From Flavobacteriales bacterium (GTDB lineage: Bacteria; Bacteroidota; Bacteroidia; Flavobacteriales_D; Sanyastnellaceae), in NCBI GenBank assembly GCA_044371755.1, contig JBILSZ010000002.1:14383-78382 (forward strand): DNA of 64,000 nt, written 5' to 3'. Below, piece by piece: positions 20,791 to 31,398 of this stretch. The number at the start of each line of letters is the position of its first letter. Position 1 is the stretch's first letter. The notes beneath the pieces were generated by a model. It was not told where the DNA came from, ran no database searches, and worked only from the letters and a program-made list of their open reading frames with translations. Position numbers and translations under genes: made by a program.

Positions 20791-21732
20791 ATGCCGCTGT
20801 TCCACCTGCTTATTGGTCTTTTATCCCTGTTGCCAGCAAAACAGCTCCCAAACCACACCCAAGAAAAAAGCTATATCCATGTTATACCCCTCAAAAGGGC
20901 AGGCAACCTCCTTCTCATCGAAGCCACAGTTGATTCTATCACCGGCGACTTTATTCTCGATACAGGCGCTCCATACCCCGTAGTCAATTCCACATACTTC
21001 AGAAATCAATACACTGGCACCAAACAATTAGCCGCAGGTGTGGGCGGCTCCGTGGTGACCTCGGAGCTCATTACTCTCAAAACACTTTCTTTTAGCGATA
21101 TTCAACTCAATAATATCATCGGTGATATCACCTCCCTCGCCCAACTCGAAAACAAAACAAAAACCAAAATCCTTGGCCTACTCGGAACAAGTGTCTTCTC
21201 CAAGTATATGATTCAGCTAGACGTCAATAAAAACCAGCTGATCTTGTTTGACCTCGATGAAGCGGGCAACCCCCTCGCTACTTTCCCTCCCGATTCCTCA
21301 GCCGCCTCACCTTTGAATAAAAAACCAGCTATCAACATAAAATTCAAGTTGTGTGATAACAAAATAGTCGTTCCCGTCGATGTCGCCAATAAACAAATGA
21401 ATTGGATTTTTGACACAGGGGCCGAAAGCAACGTGGTAGACGCTCTTTCAAGTAAAAAAATCCTAAAAGAATTCGTTGTATTGCGAAGAATCAATATGAC
21501 CGGAACTACCGGCTCCAAACAGGAAGTATTCCTGGGTTACTTCAATCAAATCAATGTTGGTGAACAATCTTTTCCTATGCAGCAAACCCTACTGGTAGGC
21601 ATGCAAGAGCTCAATCAAACATGCAGCGTTTTCATCGATGGAATACTTGGGTACAGTTTTTTCTCTCAGGGTATCGTAACGATGAATTTTATGACAAAGG
21701 ATTTTTCACTTTATCTTTATCTCTCAGAATGA
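20791..21732 (+). CDS. secreted two-lobed retropepsin-like aspartyl protease
   Basis: I chose the start at MPLFHLLIGLLSLLPAKQ (signal peptide) rather than the 20722 extension. There are two aspartyl-protease signatures in one chain (FILDTGAPYPV and WIFDTGAESNV). Confidence 0.65.
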   Translation: MPLFHLLIGLLSLLPAKQLPNHTQEKSYIHVIPLKRAGNLLLIEATVDSITGDFILDTGAPYPVVNSTYFRNQYTGTKQLAAGVGGSVVTSELITLKTLSFSDIQLNNIIGDITSLAQLENKTKTKILGLLGTSVFSKYMIQLDVNKNQLILFDLDEAGNPLATFPPDSSAASPLNKKPAINIKFKLCDNKIVVPVDVANKQMNWIFDTGAESNVVDALSSKKILKEFVVLRRINMTGTTGSKQEVFLGYFNQINVGEQSFPMQQTLLVGMQELNQTCSVFIDGILGYSFFSQGIVTMNFMTKDFSLYLYLSE

Positions 21733-23150
21733 AAAAAGCCATTTTTCTCATATCTCTCATCTGTCTTTCAATACTCTTGAGGTCGCAAAATCTTTTTGTT
21801 CTAAAAGATGATGCTATGCACCTTAAGGTAATGCGCAATTGGTCACAGCCTGAGGCAGATAGCATACTTGCACTCTATGATATGAGTGGTCTCTCTTTTG
21901 ACTCTCTAGTGAATAAAGGCACATTAGGAAGCTTCGCCAATGATGGCTGGTTGATTTCAAAAAGAACAAAAAAGTATATCAAGATTTCAAAAAAAATCAA
22001 TCCGAATCCAGAAAGTCAATGGGAAAATTTTAATTTCAATAATTACTGGAGCTCCGATTCTAGCTTGAATTCCAACTTATTTACAAAAAACGTTTACGGT
22101 TACAATCAATGGAAAAAGCAAAGTGTATTTGAAATCGGTGAAAAAACACGCTTCTACCTTTATGGCAACACAGCCGCTCAAGGAGTATTTTTGAGTGGAA
22201 CTTTCAATAAATGGAGCACTGGGAAAACAGAGATGATCAAATCAGAAGATGGATGGTACATCGATCTTGAGATACCCGCCGGCAGGCATGAGTACAAGTT
22301 TATTATTGACGGCTATTGGAAGCGTGACTTGAATAATCTGAATAAAACCTCTGATAACTGTGGAGATTTTAACTCCGTTTACTTTAAACCAAACCATACC
22401 TTTAGATACACTAACATCGCTGCAAAAACCGTCCTCCTAGCGGGAAGTTTTAATAACTGGGATGAGAAAAACACAGCTCTGCTTAAAGATGCCTCTGGCT
22501 GGTTTCTGCCTGTTTTCCTCCCTGATGGCGATTACACATATAAGTTTATCATAGATGGCAATTGGCTGTGTGACCCAGCTAATCCCAAGCGTGTTCCTAA
22601 CGAACACAATACCGATAATTCTTTTCTTGAAATTGGTGTTAAATCAGAGGTCATTTTTTCTTTAGATGGTTTTACAAATGCTCAAAACGTAATACTTACA
22701 GGCTCTTTCAATGGATGGAATGAAGATGAAATTAAAATGAAGCGAACTGATAATGGCTGGGTATCATCATTACAACTTCGTGCTGGATTTTACACTTATA
22801 AATTTATAATTGATGGCAATTGGTTTGCAAATCCCAACTCCCCTAGATTTCCCAGTTCGGTAGATGGAGAAGTGGACAACTGGATGGTTGTCAATCCCAA
22901 TTATAATTTCACTATAACAGGTTTCGAAAATGCAAACTCTGTAGCTATTACAGGCAGCTTTCTCAATTGGAATGAGACGGGGCTTAGCATGTATAAAAAA
23001 GACAATACGTGGATACTTCCCTTCTATTTACCACAAGGAAAGATTACATATAAATATATTGTAGACGGCCAATGGATGATTGATCCTGGCAATCCGCAAT
23101 ATGAAGAGAACGAATTCAACACTGGCAACTCAGTATTATGGATAGAATGA
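21729..23150 (+). CDS. secreted protein with four tandem CBM48/AMPK-beta glycogen-binding-like (E-set) modules
   Basis: The ATG at 21729 overlaps the upstream stop (ATGA) and is followed by the signal peptide MKKAIFLISLICLSILLRSQ. There are four ~83-aa repeats, each with G(S/T)FN.W ... GW ... G.Y.YKFI(I/V)DG.W ..DP.N. Confidence 0.7.
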   Translation: MKKAIFLISLICLSILLRSQNLFVLKDDAMHLKVMRNWSQPEADSILALYDMSGLSFDSLVNKGTLGSFANDGWLISKRTKKYIKISKKINPNPESQWENFNFNNYWSSDSSLNSNLFTKNVYGYNQWKKQSVFEIGEKTRFYLYGNTAAQGVFLSGTFNKWSTGKTEMIKSEDGWYIDLEIPAGRHEYKFIIDGYWKRDLNNLNKTSDNCGDFNSVYFKPNHTFRYTNIAAKTVLLAGSFNNWDEKNTALLKDASGWFLPVFLPDGDYTYKFIIDGNWLCDPANPKRVPNEHNTDNSFLEIGVKSEVIFSLDGFTNAQNVILTGSFNGWNEDEIKMKRTDNGWVSSLQLRAGFYTYKFIIDGNWFANPNSPRFPSSVDGEVDNWMVVNPNYNFTITGFENANSVAITGSFLNWNETGLSMYKKDNTWILPFYLPQGKITYKYIVDGQWMIDPGNPQYEENEFNTGNSVLWIE

Positions 23151-24505
23151 GAATAGCAATAATGACTATGGTTCAAATACTATTGAGCCTTCATGTAATT
23201 GCGCAAGATTTCAAAATTTCAGGAAAAATTGAAGGACTTCCAAACCAAAAAGGAATCATTATTCTTGAATATTGGAATGAAGATAGTTGGAAACAATGCG
23301 CCAATGCCACCTTCGACAATGAAGGAAAATTTGCAATTCCCGACAAATGCAATCATGCTGGACAATATCGCCTTCGACTGAGCGCGGATCCAAAAAGATG
23401 GGCCGACTTCATTTTAATCGAAAATCAAACAGTCGCAAATTTGAATCTCAATATTGAAGACTTCAAAATGAGAGCACTCTCAATAGGAGGAACAAAAGAA
23501 ACACAAGGCTATTACAACACAATGGAAAGTTATGCCAATTTCTTACTCAACCCCGACTCTCTAAAGCGCAATAGTCGTGAGCGACTTTTAATGGAAAAAG
23601 TATTTTCTGAACGCTTGCAAAACGCCCGACTAAATGCTTACCCACAAACAATCACAGCAGATATTGTAATCCCGTGTATCACACGTCCTATTTGTCCCTT
23701 TGTTGAAAATGAAAATATACCCATTGATTCTGTTCTTCGCTGGTATGCAAAATTTGGACTAGACAATATTCCGTTTAAAGATCCAAGAATACTTAAGCAC
23801 TTTGGACTTGTACGTTCACTGAATTATCATTTTCAATATTTCTATGACCTACAAAAATTTACTGATTATATCGATCAAGTAATGGTCAAAGCAATGGCAA
23901 ATGAAGAGGTCGAAGCGTTCACATTTCGTTTTCTTTTGGATAAAATGCTAGATTATAAAAGCGAAGAAGGACTATCTCACTTGCTCACTTGGTATGTAAG
24001 CGATTGCACCGACAATACACATGTCGAAGACGCAACCAAAAACTTGATTACTGCTTTAGAGAAAAACAAACCGGGAAGCTCAATTGAAAATCTAAAACTA
24101 CCGCGTTTAGAAGATGAAAAAAATGTAGAGCTGAAAGAAGTCTTTTCAAAAAATAAAATTACCATAATAATGTTTTGGCGATCCAACTGCAGTCACTGCA
24201 AAGAGTTCGAACCAGAGCTTCAATCCATCTATAAAAAGTATAATCCTCAAGGTATAGAGGTATATGCGATCGGAACTGATAAAATCAAAGAGGATTGGAT
24301 TGCAAGTGCGAAGGAAAAGAATAGTCCATGGATTCATGTTTTTTTATCGTATGATTCTCGTAAAGATTTCAGCAAAAGATTTCCAGTACCCAGCACTCCC
24401 ACTTTAATCGCTGTCGACCAAGATGGAAAAATACTTCGAAGACTTATTATGCGAAGTAAATTAGAAGAAACCATAGAAGAAATGCTTAAAGAAATCAATC
24501 CCTAA
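23147..24505 (+). CDS. TlpA/AhpC-family thiol-disulfide oxidoreductase with an N-terminal beta-sandwich extension
   Basis: The signal peptide MRIAIMTMVQILLSLHVIAQ starts at an ATGA overlap (an alternative ATG is at 23138). The C-terminal thioredoxin fold has FWRSNCSHCKEFEP (CxxC). Confidence 0.75.
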   Translation: MRIAIMTMVQILLSLHVIAQDFKISGKIEGLPNQKGIIILEYWNEDSWKQCANATFDNEGKFAIPDKCNHAGQYRLRLSADPKRWADFILIENQTVANLNLNIEDFKMRALSIGGTKETQGYYNTMESYANFLLNPDSLKRNSRERLLMEKVFSERLQNARLNAYPQTITADIVIPCITRPICPFVENENIPIDSVLRWYAKFGLDNIPFKDPRILKHFGLVRSLNYHFQYFYDLQKFTDYIDQVMVKAMANEEVEAFTFRFLLDKMLDYKSEEGLSHLLTWYVSDCTDNTHVEDATKNLITALEKNKPGSSIENLKLPRLEDEKNVELKEVFSKNKITIIMFWRSNCSHCKEFEPELQSIYKKYNPQGIEVYAIGTDKIKEDWIASAKEKNSPWIHVFLSYDSRKDFSKRFPVPSTPTLIAVDQDGKILRRLIMRSKLEETIEEMLKEINP

Positions 24506-24507
24506 TT

Positions 24508-24918
24508 ATGTCAGATAATAAAAACTTACTAATACAAGATACCATTCACGCCGTAGGTGAGTTCCACGATGCCTTTGGAATACCAAATCGATATACACCT
24601 ATTGGAGAACTTTCGGAAAAAGAATATACGCTTCGATTCAATCTAATGAAAGAAGAAAACGAAGAATATCTTGAAGCAGCTAAAAATGGCGATCTAGTAG
24701 AGATAGCAGACGCCCTTGGTGATATGCTATACATTCTTTGCGGAACGCTAAACGCTCACGGCCTTCAATCAAAAATTGAAGAAGTATTTACCGAAATTCA
24801 TCGCAGCAACATGAGTAAGCTCGATGAAAATGGTAAGCCCATCTATCGAGAAGACGGAAAAGTGATGAAATCTGAACGCTACTTTAAGCCAAACATCGCT
24901 GCCATCTTAAACAAGTAA
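24508..24918 (+). CDS. MazG-like nucleoside triphosphate pyrophosphohydrolase family protein
   Basis: 136 aa with the all-alpha NTP-PPase signature (EENEEYLEAAKNGDLVEIADALGDMLY). Confidence 0.65.
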   Translation: MSDNKNLLIQDTIHAVGEFHDAFGIPNRYTPIGELSEKEYTLRFNLMKEENEEYLEAAKNGDLVEIADALGDMLYILCGTLNAHGLQSKIEEVFTEIHRSNMSKLDENGKPIYREDGKVMKSERYFKPNIAAILNK

Positions 24919-24924
24919 ATTGAT

Positions 24925-26382
24925 ATGCAAAATATCCGATATGTTTTATTCCTCGCGGTCACAGCAGTTCTCCTCGGAGCACTTGGCTATTTTGCAACGT
25001 TCTCAAAACTCCCCGATGGAATTCACTTCATTCGCCAAGCGGATAGTCTTTCTTTTGTGCTCAATTACTTATTCTTCCATGACGATTTCTTTAAACCTAC
25101 CAACTTCAATCTCATTTCTGAGCAAGGAAAAGCCGCGAGTGAATTTCCAATAATATATTTTTTAGTGGCCAAAGCCCAAGCCTTGTGGAATCAGCCTGCA
25201 ATGCTACTTCGCATCGCTCATGCTTTGATTTTTTTTGGAGGACTGCAAGTATTTTTCATCCAATTATTTAAAAATAAAATACCACTACTAATAGCCATAC
25301 TGGCCACCTTGACCCTCTGCACATCTACAATAGTCTTATACTACAGCAATAACTATCTTCCAGATATAGCAGCGCTCGGGCTAACATTGGCCGGTGTTGC
25401 TTTAAGCCTCCATACTGAAAAAAAACAAGTCTTAATTGCTATTGAACTCTTCACTTTGGCTGCCTTGATTAAAATTACTTACGCCATATATCCACTCGCA
25501 TTCTTGGCGGTTATGTTTCTTTTCAAAAAACACTACTCCTTCAGCACTCGGTACAAGGTAATATACTCCTTCATTTTTTTCACACCTATACTGTCATGGT
25601 GGATGTACGTTCACTATTACAATCAGGGAGTTGAAAATACATATTACGCAAATAGAGCTATTCCTATTTGGGAAACCCCGCAAGAACAGATCTCCGCTAC
25701 TACGGATTTGATATTGAATTATTGGAAAAACAGCTACTATCCACCAGCAACTCAACTCATGCTTTTCTGTATGCTAGGTGCCTTTATTTTTTTCTTTAAA
25801 AGAATTGAATCGTTTAAAAAACTGTATTTCGGATTGGTATTGGCAGGCCTTGTTTGTTTTGTAATATTATTTTATCAAAAATTTCACGATCATGACTACT
25901 ATTTTATGATCGTAATACCTGCAATTGCTCTTCTCTTTCAGGCTGTAATACCTCAGCTTGTTTCCTTTTGTAAGACAAAGTATTTGAAAGCTGGACTCTA
26001 TTTGTTCTTTCTAGCTCCTTTCATTATGAGCTATCGGTATGTATGGATAAAAATACCGAATCGATGGCAAACTGAAAACTACCTTCAAAGTCATCATGCT
26101 TCTTTGGAAGTAATGGTTTCCAAGCTTAACCAAGAAGATCCGGAACACTTGCAAAAAATACTTGTTGTGGGCGACTCAACTATGAATGGTACGCTTTATC
26201 AATTGCAACGCAAAGGATTTTCTTTTCCAATCATTCCTGTGAATGAAGGTGAGGTTATTTCTAAAGAAATTATTGAAACCGTAGATTGGATTGTTTATTT
26301 GAAAAAACCTGGATCTATGCAATCCGCGTTACCTTTCTCAAATATTCCCGAGGGTGAATTTCCGCAATTGGTGAAAAATTAA
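24925..26382 (+). CDS. polytopic membrane protein (possible ArnT/PMT-like glycosyltransferase)
   Basis: 485 aa with ~10 predicted hydrophobic helices followed by a soluble ~100-aa C-terminal domain. This architecture is typical of GT-C enzymes. No diagnostic motif seen. Confidence 0.4.
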   Translation: MQNIRYVLFLAVTAVLLGALGYFATFSKLPDGIHFIRQADSLSFVLNYLFFHDDFFKPTNFNLISEQGKAASEFPIIYFLVAKAQALWNQPAMLLRIAHALIFFGGLQVFFIQLFKNKIPLLIAILATLTLCTSTIVLYYSNNYLPDIAALGLTLAGVALSLHTEKKQVLIAIELFTLAALIKITYAIYPLAFLAVMFLFKKHYSFSTRYKVIYSFIFFTPILSWWMYVHYYNQGVENTYYANRAIPIWETPQEQISATTDLILNYWKNSYYPPATQLMLFCMLGAFIFFFKRIESFKKLYFGLVLAGLVCFVILFYQKFHDHDYYFMIVIPAIALLFQAVIPQLVSFCKTKYLKAGLYLFFLAPFIMSYRYVWIKIPNRWQTENYLQSHHASLEVMVSKLNQEDPEHLQKILVVGDSTMNGTLYQLQRKGFSFPIIPVNEGEVISKEIIETVDWIVYLKKPGSMQSALPFSNIPEGEFPQLVKN

Positions 26383-27734
26383 AACAGTCTCTTTTCCACC
26401 AAAATTTCTCCATTGGTGAAATGCGTTACTTGTAGATAGAATTGGTTGTAGCTTCCCGTGGGTTCGCACTTTCTGCCCATCAAATCAAAATATTCAACAC
26501 GATCTATATCTTTTGCGACTTGATCCAAATCATCCACGCTTACAATCAAACAATCGTTATTCAAGTCAAAAATTTGTTGATATTCACCAAACGTAATTTC
26601 CGAAAGTTTGAGCAATATCGTTTCGCCTGTTTCTCCATTATAACTGAAGCCAGTACCAACACAATAAAGCTCTCCTGTGGGTGTGAAAATTGAATTAACA
26701 AAATAATCATCTTCCTCACCACCGAAAGTAGGAGCTCCCACAAAGATCCCATCTAAATTTAGAATCATTACGAAAGCATCTTTTTTCCCAGCTCCAGCAA
26801 ATTTCAAATACCCTGGTAAAATGATAAAATCTTGTGTGACATATACGCTAGAGTAGCCAAAATCATCTGTGGCACCAATACCAGCTACCATCATCTGGTT
26901 TCCTTCGTTATCATATCTAGCGTAGTACCCGCTGATATAATCGACTAAATCAATTTCACCTGCGACATGCATTAAACCTTGTGCATCAAAGAAAATATCG
27001 TTTACAACTACATTCCCTTGTAGATCTGAGACCGACAAATTGCTAGCGTTTAAGGTCGCACTATTAAGCTTAACAACTACCGACTCATTTTGAAAAGATG
27101 TTTCATTCAAGGTATTCTCTAGATAAGAAGCAACATAAATATCTTGCCCCAAAACCTCGAGTGCGGATGGAATTCTACCCATCAATGCATTTCCAGTTTC
27201 AATATAATTAAACTCATTCGACCCGAGATAATGCAAAAGTTTAAAGCGATTTAAACTAGAGAAATCTTCAATCAATATAAGTGGGGTTTCCTCCAACAAG
27301 TCCATTTTTAGAGCAACTTGCCATGATGGCGCTTCATGAGAAGTATAATCGGTAAGCGCTCCATCCGATGCTATACTCATGATAAATACATCATATCCAT
27401 CACTGTTTGCATGCAATTGTGTACCGCAAATAAAAATTTCATTATTGCTATTAATGGCCATTGCCACAGGTTGTTCAATTGCGGGTGTACCGTAGACATT
27501 TGACCAAATACAATTAAGCTCACTGTCCATGCATGTTAGGACGACATCTGTATGCGATGAGAACGCCGCATTGGTCGAAGATAAAACGTAAATAAAGCCA
27601 TTATTATCCAATGCAATATCCTTTCCCTCTTCTACATTCTGCGTGCCGATGGTCTTAAAAATAGACAAAGGCAATTCACCTCCCGCCAGTAGCGTCAAAG
27701 GAAAAGACATCAGGAAAAGGAACATTGTTTTCAT
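26379..27734 (-). CDS. secreted beta-propeller-repeat protein with a probable T9SS type A C-terminal sorting domain
   Basis: Signal peptide MKTMFLFLMSFPLTLLAG, SBBP-like repeats (DNNGFIYVLSST, SNNEIFICGT, TGELYCVGTG) and a C-terminal VEYFDLMGRKC...FYLQVTHFTNGEILVEKRLF pattern. Confidence 0.5.
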   Translation of the reverse strand: MKTMFLFLMSFPLTLLAGGELPLSIFKTIGTQNVEEGKDIALDNNGFIYVLSSTNAAFSSHTDVVLTCMDSELNCIWSNVYGTPAIEQPVAMAINSNNEIFICGTQLHANSDGYDVFIMSIASDGALTDYTSHEAPSWQVALKMDLLEETPLILIEDFSSLNRFKLLHYLGSNEFNYIETGNALMGRIPSALEVLGQDIYVASYLENTLNETSFQNESVVVKLNSATLNASNLSVSDLQGNVVVNDIFFDAQGLMHVAGEIDLVDYISGYYARYDNEGNQMMVAGIGATDDFGYSSVYVTQDFIILPGYLKFAGAGKKDAFVMILNLDGIFVGAPTFGGEEDDYFVNSIFTPTGELYCVGTGFSYNGETGETILLKLSEITFGEYQQIFDLNNDCLIVSVDDLDQVAKDIDRVEYFDLMGRKCEPTGSYNQFYLQVTHFTNGEILVEKRLF

Positions 27735-28540
27735 CGTATAGCTCTTCTAACTTTTATTAAACGTTCTAAAAGACCTTCTAATAACTCCAACCTCAACATA
27801 TTTGCGCCATCGCTTTTTGCAACGGCTGGATTGGGATGTGTTTCAATGAACAGTCCGTCTACTCCTACGGCAACAGCGGCTTTTGCAATTGTTTCAATGA
27901 GTTCTGGTTTTCCACCAGTAACACCAGAACTTTGATTGGGCTGTTGCAAACTGTGCGTGCAGTCCATAATGGTTGGAGCATATTGCTGCATCACTGGAAG
28001 CCCTCTAAAGTCTACTACCAAATCTTGATAGCCGAAAGTAGTGCCGCGCTCGGTCAACCAAATTTTTTCATTGCCCGATTCTTTAATCTTATTTACTGCG
28101 TGTTGCATGGACTCAGCAGACAAGAACTGCCCTTTCTTTACATTGACTACTCTGCCAGTTTTAGCTGCTGCCTGCAAAATATCTGTTTGTCTGCACAAGA
28201 ACGCAGGCACTTGTAAAATATCCACATATTCTGCGGCCATATAAGCCTCTTCTGCGGAGTGAAAATCGGTAGTAACCGGCAGCTTAAAATGATCGGCCAC
28301 TTTGCGAAGAATCCTTAGTCCTTCTTCGTCACCGATTCCTGTAAACGAATCGCCTCTGGAGCGATTCGCCTTTCGATAGGACGCCTTGAAAATATAGGGT
28401 ATCTCTAGACGATCGGTGATCGCTTTTACCTTTTCTGCAATTTCAAACACCAGTTCTTCACTCTCAACGACACATGGGCCGGCGATTAGAAAAAACTGAT
28501 CTTTGTCTGTATACTTAATATTTGGAATTTGACTTAACAT
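27731..28540 (-). CDS. kdsA: 3-deoxy-8-phosphooctulonate (KDO-8-P) synthase
   Basis: 269 aa with motifs FLIAGPCVVES, FKASYRKANRSS-like, QVPAFLCRQTD, KKGQF, TERGTTFGY and DCTHSLQ. Confidence 0.95.
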   Translation of the reverse strand: MLSQIPNIKYTDKDQFFLIAGPCVVESEELVFEIAEKVKAITDRLEIPYIFKASYRKANRSRGDSFTGIGDEEGLRILRKVADHFKLPVTTDFHSAEEAYMAAEYVDILQVPAFLCRQTDILQAAAKTGRVVNVKKGQFLSAESMQHAVNKIKESGNEKIWLTERGTTFGYQDLVVDFRGLPVMQQYAPTIMDCTHSLQQPNQSSGVTGGKPELIETIAKAAVAVGVDGLFIETHPNPAVAKSDGANMLRLELLEGLLERLIKVRRAIR

Positions 28541-28572
28541 CTCTTTTTTTTTACAAAGTAATTATCTAACTT

Positions 28573-29808
28573 TTATAGCACCAACGAAAATCCTAAGAAC
28601 GCGCTACCGCCACGTGCCTGTGCTGACATCACACCAAATAAATGTTGCGTTCCAGCTCTTAAAAACAATTTTTCACCCAAGAGATATTGCATCTCTAAAC
28701 CAACCGCCAATCGTCCATAGCCACCATAGTTGAGGCGTTCGGTCAGCATTAATCCCTTTGCCACAAAATGATTGTATCCAAGTGAAACCAGCGGCAAGGC
28801 AGCATAGTTTGGTTGGAGCATTATACCTGCTTCATAACTGCTTTTAGAATTGATTTTTTTTATCATCCTAAACTGAATAGATCCGGGTAATGCACGCCAC
28901 TTGCTAATTCGCTCTCCAGATATACCTAGTGTGTCTTGCCAAGATGGCAATTCAATACTATCGGCGCTTACATTCAGTATATCACCTATTTCAATACCAT
29001 CCCAAGTAAAAACAGAATCAGCCGCGTAATGAATACTATTCTGCCAATGCGTATATCCAATGTTTCTAACTGAAATAGCAAAAAAACCTTGATCCTTCTT
29101 CATTGGAATATTCAAATCTGCATCAATACAAAAACCTTGTCCGCGAGAGGTGAATGCTCCTGACTTGGTGGTATCCGCTTGTTCATAGGTAGCATCATAA
29201 TCCAAACTTGTAACGCCCGATGTTGGTGAAGTGAACCAACGTGCCCTATCTACTTGCAAATTCAAATAATTTATTCCCGAGACATACGACAATCGAATTG
29301 CGCTCAAATTTTCTTTATTAAAAATCCCTATTCCAAACTTTTGAAAACTCTGAAGCTGTCCATACATCTTTCCGAAGTCTAGCGTGTCACCCGCGGAACG
29401 GGCATTTCCAAAATATACCAAATCAAAAAAGTCCTTTCCAAAATATAAGTTAGTTGCTGAAACATGCGAAACTCCACCAGTAAGTCCCCACTGCTGACTT
29501 CCAAATACGGAATCAACAAATGAATATACAGTCAACTCTCCCATCAAAGATGCTCCGACACGATTATAATCTTCCATATTCTGAAAAAGAAGATTTTTTT
29601 GTTCTCGCCCGATGTGACCTCCGATGGTCATCTCTGATAGCCACTCATTGTTCAGGCTGTTCGAACCCCATGAGGCCTCAGCTCCGAGATGTAAAATTTG
29701 CTTCGTATTTTCAGGTATGCCTTTTAACAGCCAATAAGAATGGGTTTGACTTATTGTATAATTTACAATAAGCAAAGAGCTTGTTATGAGTATAATTAAC
29801 TTTTTCAT
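28573..29808 (-). CDS. predicted outer-membrane beta-barrel protein (possibly DUF5723-like)
   Basis: 411 aa with a signal peptide. Alternating beta-strand-like sequence runs through to the C-terminus (GGSAFLGFSLVL). There is a 4-nt overlap with the upstream lipoprotein gene. Confidence 0.4.
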   Translation of the reverse strand: MKKLIILITSSLLIVNYTISQTHSYWLLKGIPENTKQILHLGAEASWGSNSLNNEWLSEMTIGGHIGREQKNLLFQNMEDYNRVGASLMGELTVYSFVDSVFGSQQWGLTGGVSHVSATNLYFGKDFFDLVYFGNARSAGDTLDFGKMYGQLQSFQKFGIGIFNKENLSAIRLSYVSGINYLNLQVDRARWFTSPTSGVTSLDYDATYEQADTTKSGAFTSRGQGFCIDADLNIPMKKDQGFFAISVRNIGYTHWQNSIHYAADSVFTWDGIEIGDILNVSADSIELPSWQDTLGISGERISKWRALPGSIQFRMIKKINSKSSYEAGIMLQPNYAALPLVSLGYNHFVAKGLMLTERLNYGGYGRLAVGLEMQYLLGEKLFLRAGTQHLFGVMSAQARGGSAFLGFSLVL

Positions 29809-31370
29809 CTCACCACTACTCCATATTCCCCACGCAAGATCGCTGCATAGGTCATTTTATAAAAATTATATAATCCCACTGGACCAGGATAGTTTGGTGT
29901 ATTGATACGCCCCCGAATGATCATTCGGTGATCCGATTTCAATTTAGAATAGATAACTTCATTCACGGGAAAACTCAATAAAGATCCCATTGGTATTACA
30001 GAGGCTGAATTGGGTTGCTGTATTCCCGCCCTTACCTCTTGATTCATCGCCACAATGAATTCCTCATTGGTGATATTGTTTAATAAAATCAAATCTACCC
30101 CAATGGCAAAAGGATATTCATTGGTCACTAATATTTCGAGTGCACCAAAAAAATCTTCGGCGATATCCGCTTGTATATCCAAAGTATCGCTTAGTAATAC
30201 ACTCTCCGTAGCAAATCGAAGTGGAATGCGTATTTCATAATCCAACTCAATCGGATTTTCCGTATAGATAAAATCATTCGACCCTGAAATATTGCCGAGA
30301 GGATTGAGCTGCAGATTGCCTTGCAAAGAAAATTGAGAAGGTAAGTTTCCAATCCACTGGGTGAGATTAGAATTGCCTTGATTCACATTATAACTCAATA
30401 TGGTCGGGCTCACACTCCAACCATCATCAAGGGCTCTCGTGAGCAACATAGGCAGTTGAAACGGTGCGAAGTTCAACTCTACATTTCCATTACTCGAATT
30501 AGAAGAAATCGAGTTTAAGTTCAATCGAGCGTCAGCACCAATGTTATTTTTTATATTCAATAAAAAAGTTGCCTCTTCCAAATTCAACTGACCCTGCGGT
30601 ACATTAACTCCTGCGAAAACATCTTCTTGTTCATTGATCACGTAGGTATGCTGTCCAAAATAACCGTTTGCATATTCGACTACCGCCTCAATAAATGAAA
30701 GTTCCACTACTACACTATCCTGACCTTGAACGATTGCCGCGGTAGGCGCATCGACTGCTACACTCACTGCGGCATCAACAAAAACTCTATTAAAACTCGT
30801 TCCGGAAGCTCCTGTCAAATCGAACTCAAAATCTTCCAAATTAAATGTTCCCTCAGCCACACCTGGCACTCCGGCTTGCTCTGGAGGAGTGGCCGCATTG
30901 ATCACCAATGGAACTCCTTGATTCAATAAACCGGGAAGCGAAAAAACAGAGGTCATATAACCACTGATGTAGTTGACTACGCGGTATTGAAGCAAACCTG
31001 ATTTCATTCTTACTCGTTTCAACTGTACACCATTCGGGATATCAAACTCGATATCTCTGCTTACATTGATGATGCTTGTGCCCGCAGGAAGAGTGATGGT
31101 TCCGCTCGTGAAAGGCACCTTAAAAGATTCTGACACTGTAGTATCCGGAAGTTGCGCAAGAGAATCGTAATTAATATCTGCCAAGTCGCCAGCATAAACG
31201 AAACTCCATAAGCCAGAAGCATCAGATTCCAATAATGAGTCGGCCACTAAATCGGTAAGCGTAAGTTCGCCCCGAAAGAGTGGTACTGCCACATCTGTAT
31301 TCCAAGTGGTGGCTTCCTTTCGACAAGAGGCCAAAACAAATACAACAAAGAAAATCAACAGTGATCTCAT
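29805..31370 (-). CDS. hypothetical lipoprotein
   Basis: 521 aa with a lipobox (MRSLLIFFVVFVLASCRKE). No family recognised. Confidence 0.5.
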   Translation of the reverse strand: MRSLLIFFVVFVLASCRKEATTWNTDVAVPLFRGELTLTDLVADSLLESDASGLWSFVYAGDLADINYDSLAQLPDTTVSESFKVPFTSGTITLPAGTSIINVSRDIEFDIPNGVQLKRVRMKSGLLQYRVVNYISGYMTSVFSLPGLLNQGVPLVINAATPPEQAGVPGVAEGTFNLEDFEFDLTGASGTSFNRVFVDAAVSVAVDAPTAAIVQGQDSVVVELSFIEAVVEYANGYFGQHTYVINEQEDVFAGVNVPQGQLNLEEATFLLNIKNNIGADARLNLNSISSNSSNGNVELNFAPFQLPMLLTRALDDGWSVSPTILSYNVNQGNSNLTQWIGNLPSQFSLQGNLQLNPLGNISGSNDFIYTENPIELDYEIRIPLRFATESVLLSDTLDIQADIAEDFFGALEILVTNEYPFAIGVDLILLNNITNEEFIVAMNQEVRAGIQQPNSASVIPMGSLLSFPVNEVIYSKLKSDHRMIIRGRINTPNYPGPVGLYNFYKMTYAAILRGEYGVVVR

Positions 31371-31398
31371 CCGCTTAAAAGTACAAATTAATTTTTAA

